DNA of 63,913 nucleotides, filler included, from Collodictyon triciliatum (lineage: Eukaryota), in NCBI GenBank assembly GCA_043381765.1. It is 11 parts of 11 records of this genome, joined end to end, with 100 filler letters (N's around TTAATTAATTAA, not from the genome) between each part and the next. Parts side by side here need not be neighbours in the genome. Positions count along the whole stretch, not along the records: positions 58,205 to 63,913 come from JBHJMP010005001.1; 10 more parts are not named here. The stretch is one strand, 5' to 3'. Both the position numbers and the translations under genes were made by a program. Below, piece by piece: positions 58,370-63,913 of this stretch. Positions within the stretch are counted from its first letter, which is position 1. Each line of letters begins with the position of its first letter. The notes under the pieces are model-generated. The model worked only from the letters and a program-made list of their open reading frames with translations. It did no database searches and was not told the DNA's origin.

Positions 58370-61300
58370 GTATTTTCACCATTCAGCCAGATTGAACTCA
58401 TTTCCGACGAACTGTTGGATGTATTTGTCCAAATCGCCTTCGCTTAGTCCAATCCTTGACACATACAGAACCTTCATAGAAACCTCTACAATCGGTGCCT
58501 CTGAATAATATTCATAAAACATTTCAATTACGTCATGTTTTGTTATTATATACTTAGAATAATATATGATGATTTATAAAAAAACACCTTTTGAATTATA
58601 CTTCTTTTCCCATCGAGAAATAACCAGATTATAGAGTTCAATAACACCATCAGTCGAAAGAAGTTCGTGAAGTTCAATATCAAGTTTCTCATAAACCCCA
58701 AACACCCGAATTTCGTCAAGGACAAGGCGCAAGTAAAGAGGATGTCCTTTATTAAAGAAAGACATGCAATTGAAAAAAAAAATTAATCGTAGTCATGTAA
58801 GCACACGGAAAAAAAAAAGGAATGGTGCAGAAAAATATATTAAAAACTTATTCAAACCGGTATCTCCTTCATCACTACATATCATCTTGATTTGTAACTC
58901 ATTCAGCTTTTTGTCAAAGCGATTCAAAAAAGAGACTGTGTTTTCCATGATTTCCTCCTTTTTTAATTTTGTCACTGGGATAATAACCAATCCACTTTCA
59001 ATCGCAGACTATTTAGGTACATTTTAGTACATCCGTCTTTAATATTTCTTATGTCAAATAGATCCATAAAATACTGAGTTGGAAGAGCACATTTTCATAA
59101 TGAATCTAAAGATAGGATAAATACCTTGCACGAAGCGTGGGTGTGTATTGTGGAAACAACTATGGCCACGTTTTTTGGTGCGGTTTTTGGCAGCCAAGTG
59201 AGGAGGTGAGGGACCGGCGTCTCTTGTGACGGATTGATTTGGTTTATAGCATCAATCAAAAAGAGGAACTTATGGTTCCTGGGTTATGAGAGAAAGTCGA
59301 AAATGAATATCTATAAATAAAATGAAGAGAAAATACATATAATCTAATGTATTGTGATAAAAAAAAATAATCTGATGACGGGAAGAGGAAGTGCCATACA
59401 ACTTGGTTGACTCAATCATGTCGAGAAGTCCTTGAATGCCTTCCTTCTGAAAATGCAGGTCTGAAAGCATTTTTTCAGACAAAGAAGAACGAAGATTCAT
59501 GATTTTTTAAATATATATCCAAGTTTTGAATCCAATAGCAACCTGAGTTTTGATGAGTGGATATATGCAGCATTCCGGTCGAGCTCACAACTTGTCTCCA
59601 GAAGCGAATCGAGATGCTATTCGATATACTTATCATTCTTTTGATTTCTCTGTTTTTTCTTTTACAGGACTACAGAGGTATGACATAGTTCGTTAACATA
59701 TCATTATAAGCGATGAAAAAATTGACTCACCTCTCCACATAATTGCTGATGTTCGTACAGCCAACAAAGTGGTATATAACACTCAAGTCACTTTGCTTCA
59801 TGTTTTCAAAATCGCGACTTGTGGCCGCCATCAAAGAAGACTTTCCAATACCTGATTCCGCTGCCAAAAGCGTGATGCTCTGCTGAGCACTACCAAACTG
59901 TGTCATTACCTTTGTGTTTGAAAAAAAATAATTTAAATATCAAAAATTCAATATAAAGTTTGTGAAAAGCTTCTCATATACTTTTTTTTCAAAAAAAAAC
60001 TTTGATTTCATAAAAAGGCTGTTTTCTTTTATGCATAGCGTACTCCTTGCGTAATAGCCCCCAATAGTTCACCACGTCCACAGAAGTCAGTGAGGCGATG
60101 CATTTTGAATTGGTGGTGGGCCTGGTCTTCTGGGTCGCGAGTCTTTTTATTTTTATTATTATTGATAAAATATGAGATTATTTGATTGAAGCATTAATTC
60201 CATCAGATAAGGATGTATGCATATGTAATATTTTCTGGATATAAATTCGGTCCTTACTTTGCGATTGGAGAAATCCTCGTTGATGGCGTAAGTTAAATGA
60301 AAAGTGACTAAATCAGAAAATTGCTCAGGTCCTTGGTAATTGACAGCACCGTATAGTTCTCTTATCTTAAACTTTAAAGCGTCTTGACGTTTCCTCTTTA
60401 ACAAGGGAGTGTAATAAAATTAAAAAAGAAGAAACTTTTCGTCGTCGAGAATCAAATCAAATTCAAGTTTTGAATTATTAAAAAAAATCGAGTTTATCTT
60501 TAAATACGAATAGAAGGATAAGATGCAGAATTTGAATATATTTGGTGTTACTGCCTCCTCGTTCTCTGCTTGGAATAGATGCTGCTCTTCCTCATCCTTT
60601 GCATGACTCACGGCATATTCCTCATCTCTGAAATAGAAGAAAACTCGACTACATACCGGCTTTTTAATCAATGCAGCGTATTGAATCTATCAATTTTTTT
60701 AAAGGAAATATTACATTGGGAAACTGTATTTTTTTTCCTTTATTCGATTCAAAGCCATTGGGAAACTGTATAAAATCTATATCACATTAATTATGATTAC
60801 AAAAATAGTAAAACTCCAATTTTTTCTGTCACGTGTATTATCTGTATCAAATTATGAATGTATCTAATTTTCTATTTGTGCTTGCCTCGTATTCAGTCAC
60901 GCTTAAGCCAGGGATTCTATTGATAAAAGGAAAGCGCTTGTTTGTCTCCGGCTGCCATTGCCTCAGGTCAGTTTGGTCTGGTATCCATCCATAGCGCGCA
61001 CCAAGAGAACAAACAAAGTAGGCACACTTTTCGATAGAGTCCAGGCAACGGATAACAACCTTAAAAGCAAGCAAATTAAGTCATTAGAAATTTTGTAGGA
61101 TGAAAGCCGCCGTTTATCAGGCACACAATACAGTGTCTACAATCGGATAAAATAAAATAAAAAACGCTTGTTTGTTTTTTCAAAAGGGATTACCCATCCT
61201 TCACTACTATCTGTTGCTGTTAATCCCCAACGCAAGTCAATGAAAACGAGCTCCATTCCCTTTTTCTTTGCCACATTTTTTAATCTAAAACGATAATTTC

Positions 61301-63299
61301 ATCAATGTATGAGTCAGCCTGGTATATCCAAGCAAAATCTCTTACTCCACCGCGCCGTGCTGAAAAAAGTGGTCTCGCTCATACTGCATATCACGGAAAG
61401 TGGACGACATAAACACTCGCAAAATGCATCTCTCAAAGATTATTTCACTTAAAGGGACAGGGGTCTTGTATCTTTGAGGAGGAGCCATCCACTTTCGAAC
61501 TCGCGCTACCTTTCCTTCCATCTTGAATGAGTTCATCTATATAAAAATTATCAACTTGATTTCAAATGGAAAGGGAATATTATGATGCGTTGATGGGTCC
61601 TTGAAAAAGAACGGGCAACCTTGTCAAGTAGCATACAAGTTCGTAAAAGAACATCGGTGCCTCTGTTTTCCAGTCCGAAATCTTTATAAAAATAGAAATC
61701 ATGTTTTACAACTTTTATAAAATGATAAAATGCCCAATTGAAAAACAGTTAACAAGGATATCATGTTGTTGCTCTTTTGAAAGTAAAAAAAATAAAAAAT
61801 AAAAAAACAAATGCCTTCGAAAGGAAACGGAGTTTTTATGTCATCGAACAGCTCCTTAGCTTTTTGATATCGAACATGTCTTTCCTTCTAAAGTATTTGA
61901 AGTCATAAATCGTTTTCAGGCTTTTTTAATGGTTCAACTTGCAAAAAAATATTGTAATTGAATTATCTCCAAGGGTTTAAGTCATATTAGTAAGAAGTAT
62001 GGTTTTTGGTTGCTCGTAATTCGTATGGATGCACTGACCAACATATTTGCTTTCTTGTTTATACTGGCCCCAACCAAAGCCCAGAGGATAGGGACGACAA
62101 GGTCTATTTTAAGGGTAAAAATACGAATTCAGGTAAGTAAGCAGTTCACTCACGAAACAGCATAACGTACAGAAAAGAGAATAATCAGACTCTTGGTCGG
62201 TTGTTTGGATCAGATTGTGAAAACCGTACAAATAAATAAATAAATAAATAAATACCTGGGAATGGTGAATCCCGGATTCCACCTAATGTCTCAACAGATT
62301 GTGCCTCAGTCATCCCAACAAACCAGCTCCGAAGTAGCTCCTGGTTCTCACTGATAAGTTGTGTGTCTTCGAGTGGCTTGTTTCTAGTGTACATCCAGTA
62401 TTACACAACGAAAAGGGGATAACAAAGAGCAAGAACGAGTTGAGAATTTTTGAGAACTCAATTGATGTAAACATATACATGCAATCAATCATATTCAAAG
62501 ACAAGAGGGACAAAAGGGACAAGAGGAAAAGAACTAACGCATATATCCGGGAGTTGAGGTCTTTCAGTGGCATCTTTGTGACAATCTCCACAAGCATGGC
62601 CAAGAAGAAGCCGTCACCCATATCTTCCTTTATGTCTTGAGCAGTGAGCTCCAGTTTGTGCAGGTGATAGTTTGCCCATCTGAGCAGACTCTAAAGGGGC
62701 GAGAGGAGTTTGCGAACCAGAAAACAAATTAAATCGTCTGCAAAAGTCGCAGCGACATCAGGAGTTGACACCAAACTAGTCAGTCAGTAGAAAGTCCTCT
62801 CTTCAAGAAGACAGAAAAGAGAAAAAAGAGAAAAAGAGAAAAAAGAGGAAAAAAAAGAGAAAAAGAGAAAAAAGAGAAAAAAGAGAAAAAAGAGAAAAAA
62901 AGAGAAAAAAGAGAAAAAAGAGAAAAAAAGAGAAAAAAGAGAAAAAAGAGAAAAAAGAGAAAAAAGAAGATAAAGAGAAAAAAGAGAAAAAGAAGATAAA
63001 GAGAAAAAAGAGAAAAAAGAGAAAAAAGAGAAAAAAGAGAAAAAAGAGAAAAAAGAGTAAAAAGAGAAAAAAGAGAAAAAAGAGAAAAAAGAGAAAAAAG
63101 AAGATAAAGAGAAAAAAGAAGATAAAGAGAAAAAAGAGAAAAAGAAAAGAGAAAAAGATAAAAAGATAAAAAGATAAAAAGATAAAAAGATAAAAAGAGA
63201 GAGAGAATAATGTCTATCCTTGCTGGGTCTCTGCGGTAATACCTTGGCCTCGTCTCTAGATTCCCTGGTATCGTGGCGTCGTATAAGCGCACAAAACAT
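58370..63299 (-). CDS. Calponin-homology + DUF4062 + NACHT STAND NTPase, multi-exon, 3'-truncated
   Basis: CH-like SLLRWANYHL...DMGDGFFLAMLVE; DUF4062 LRVFMSSTFRDMQYERD, FIDLRWGL, LGARYGWIP; Walker A AESGIGKSS; Walker B LFLIDAINQ; GHPLYLRLVLDEIRVFG. Confidence 0.82.
60714..60771 (-). mobile_element. Micro retro-insertion, family A with TSD (intronic)
   Basis: 16-bp TSD CATTGGGAAACTGTAT around minus-strand GCTTTGAATCGAATAAAGG(A)n. Confidence 0.85.
62815..63205. repeat. (GAGAAAAAA)n purine-rich intronic tandem repeat
   Basis: Direct inspection. Confidence 0.9.
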
Positions 63300-63913
63300 C
63301 TTGCTCCGTCGTTTTCTTTTCTTTTCCCTCTTTCGTTTCGGCTTTCCTACCACTTTGAAGTCGGCCAGGGTGGGAATGATACCGCCGACCACGCTATCAC
63401 TTCTGGATTTGTCTTTGCAAAAGGAGAGTAGAAGAGCACCAACGCACGTCGCCAAACGTAGGTTTTGCCAGAATTCAGTGTGTGAGGAGGGGGTGAAGCG
63501 AAAGAGTAAAACACACAGGTTTGAATGCAGAGTTGTCAAAGGGCAGCGACCGCAGACAAAGTCGCTTTATTGATGGCGACACAAACGAGAAAGGCCCCCA
63601 AGCGGGTTGTTTTCAGATTCTATTTAAGCAAAAAAAAAAAAAAAACTGTTTGATATTCTTATTCACCCCTTCTTACCCTTCAAAATAACTTTGTTGTGAA
63701 TGCTGCTGGTCACACCGGGCGGTTGATATTTCGGCTGCTGGTGTAAATAACACATCTGCTTGGTTTTATGAGCGCTAAATATTTTGCGAGAATTCGGGCT
63801 ATCAGAAAAAGATATCTACAAAAAAAATCAATCGTTAATGGGAAAACCTGAAAGGCATGTCAAGAGAGACCATCAAAATCCCGCAATCACCAATAGTACA
63901 CCAACAAAAAAAA

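Noticed and set aside
62780-63292. Phe/Ser/Leu-rich ORFs and other poly-residue ORFs in the track
   Set aside because: Translations of microsatellites, not genes.

Overview
This window is not one locus. It holds 11 unrelated ~5.7-kb contigs of an intron-rich microbial eukaryote, joined by N/TTAATTAATTAA/N linkers; most contigs end in microsatellites. Host genes include tRNA-Glu(TTC), ribokinase, two DUF4062-NACHT STAND NTPases, two FG-GAP (integrin-alpha-like) secreted proteins (one with two NIDO domains), PI4K-beta, LTN1, a BART-domain gene, TSG101/Vps23, a SET-domain 3' end and Q-rich proteins. Three accessory features stand out. (1) A decayed Fanzor1 (eukaryotic TnpB-family) element at ~7146-9250, followed by four abutting strand-specific hairpins that look like its omegaRNA scaffold. 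(2) A contig (29127-34845) with a Polinton-like-virus major capsid gene, a giant-virus-type Cys-rich ORF, an HNH endonuclease and a ~245-bp cruciform palindrome, abutting a 5'-truncated Roco kinase gene. (3) Two families of ultra-short (~25-45 bp) poly(A)-tailed retro-insertions with 13-18 bp target-site duplications; one family is traceable to a LINE 3' end in the window. All family assignments are by motif recognition; no searches were run.
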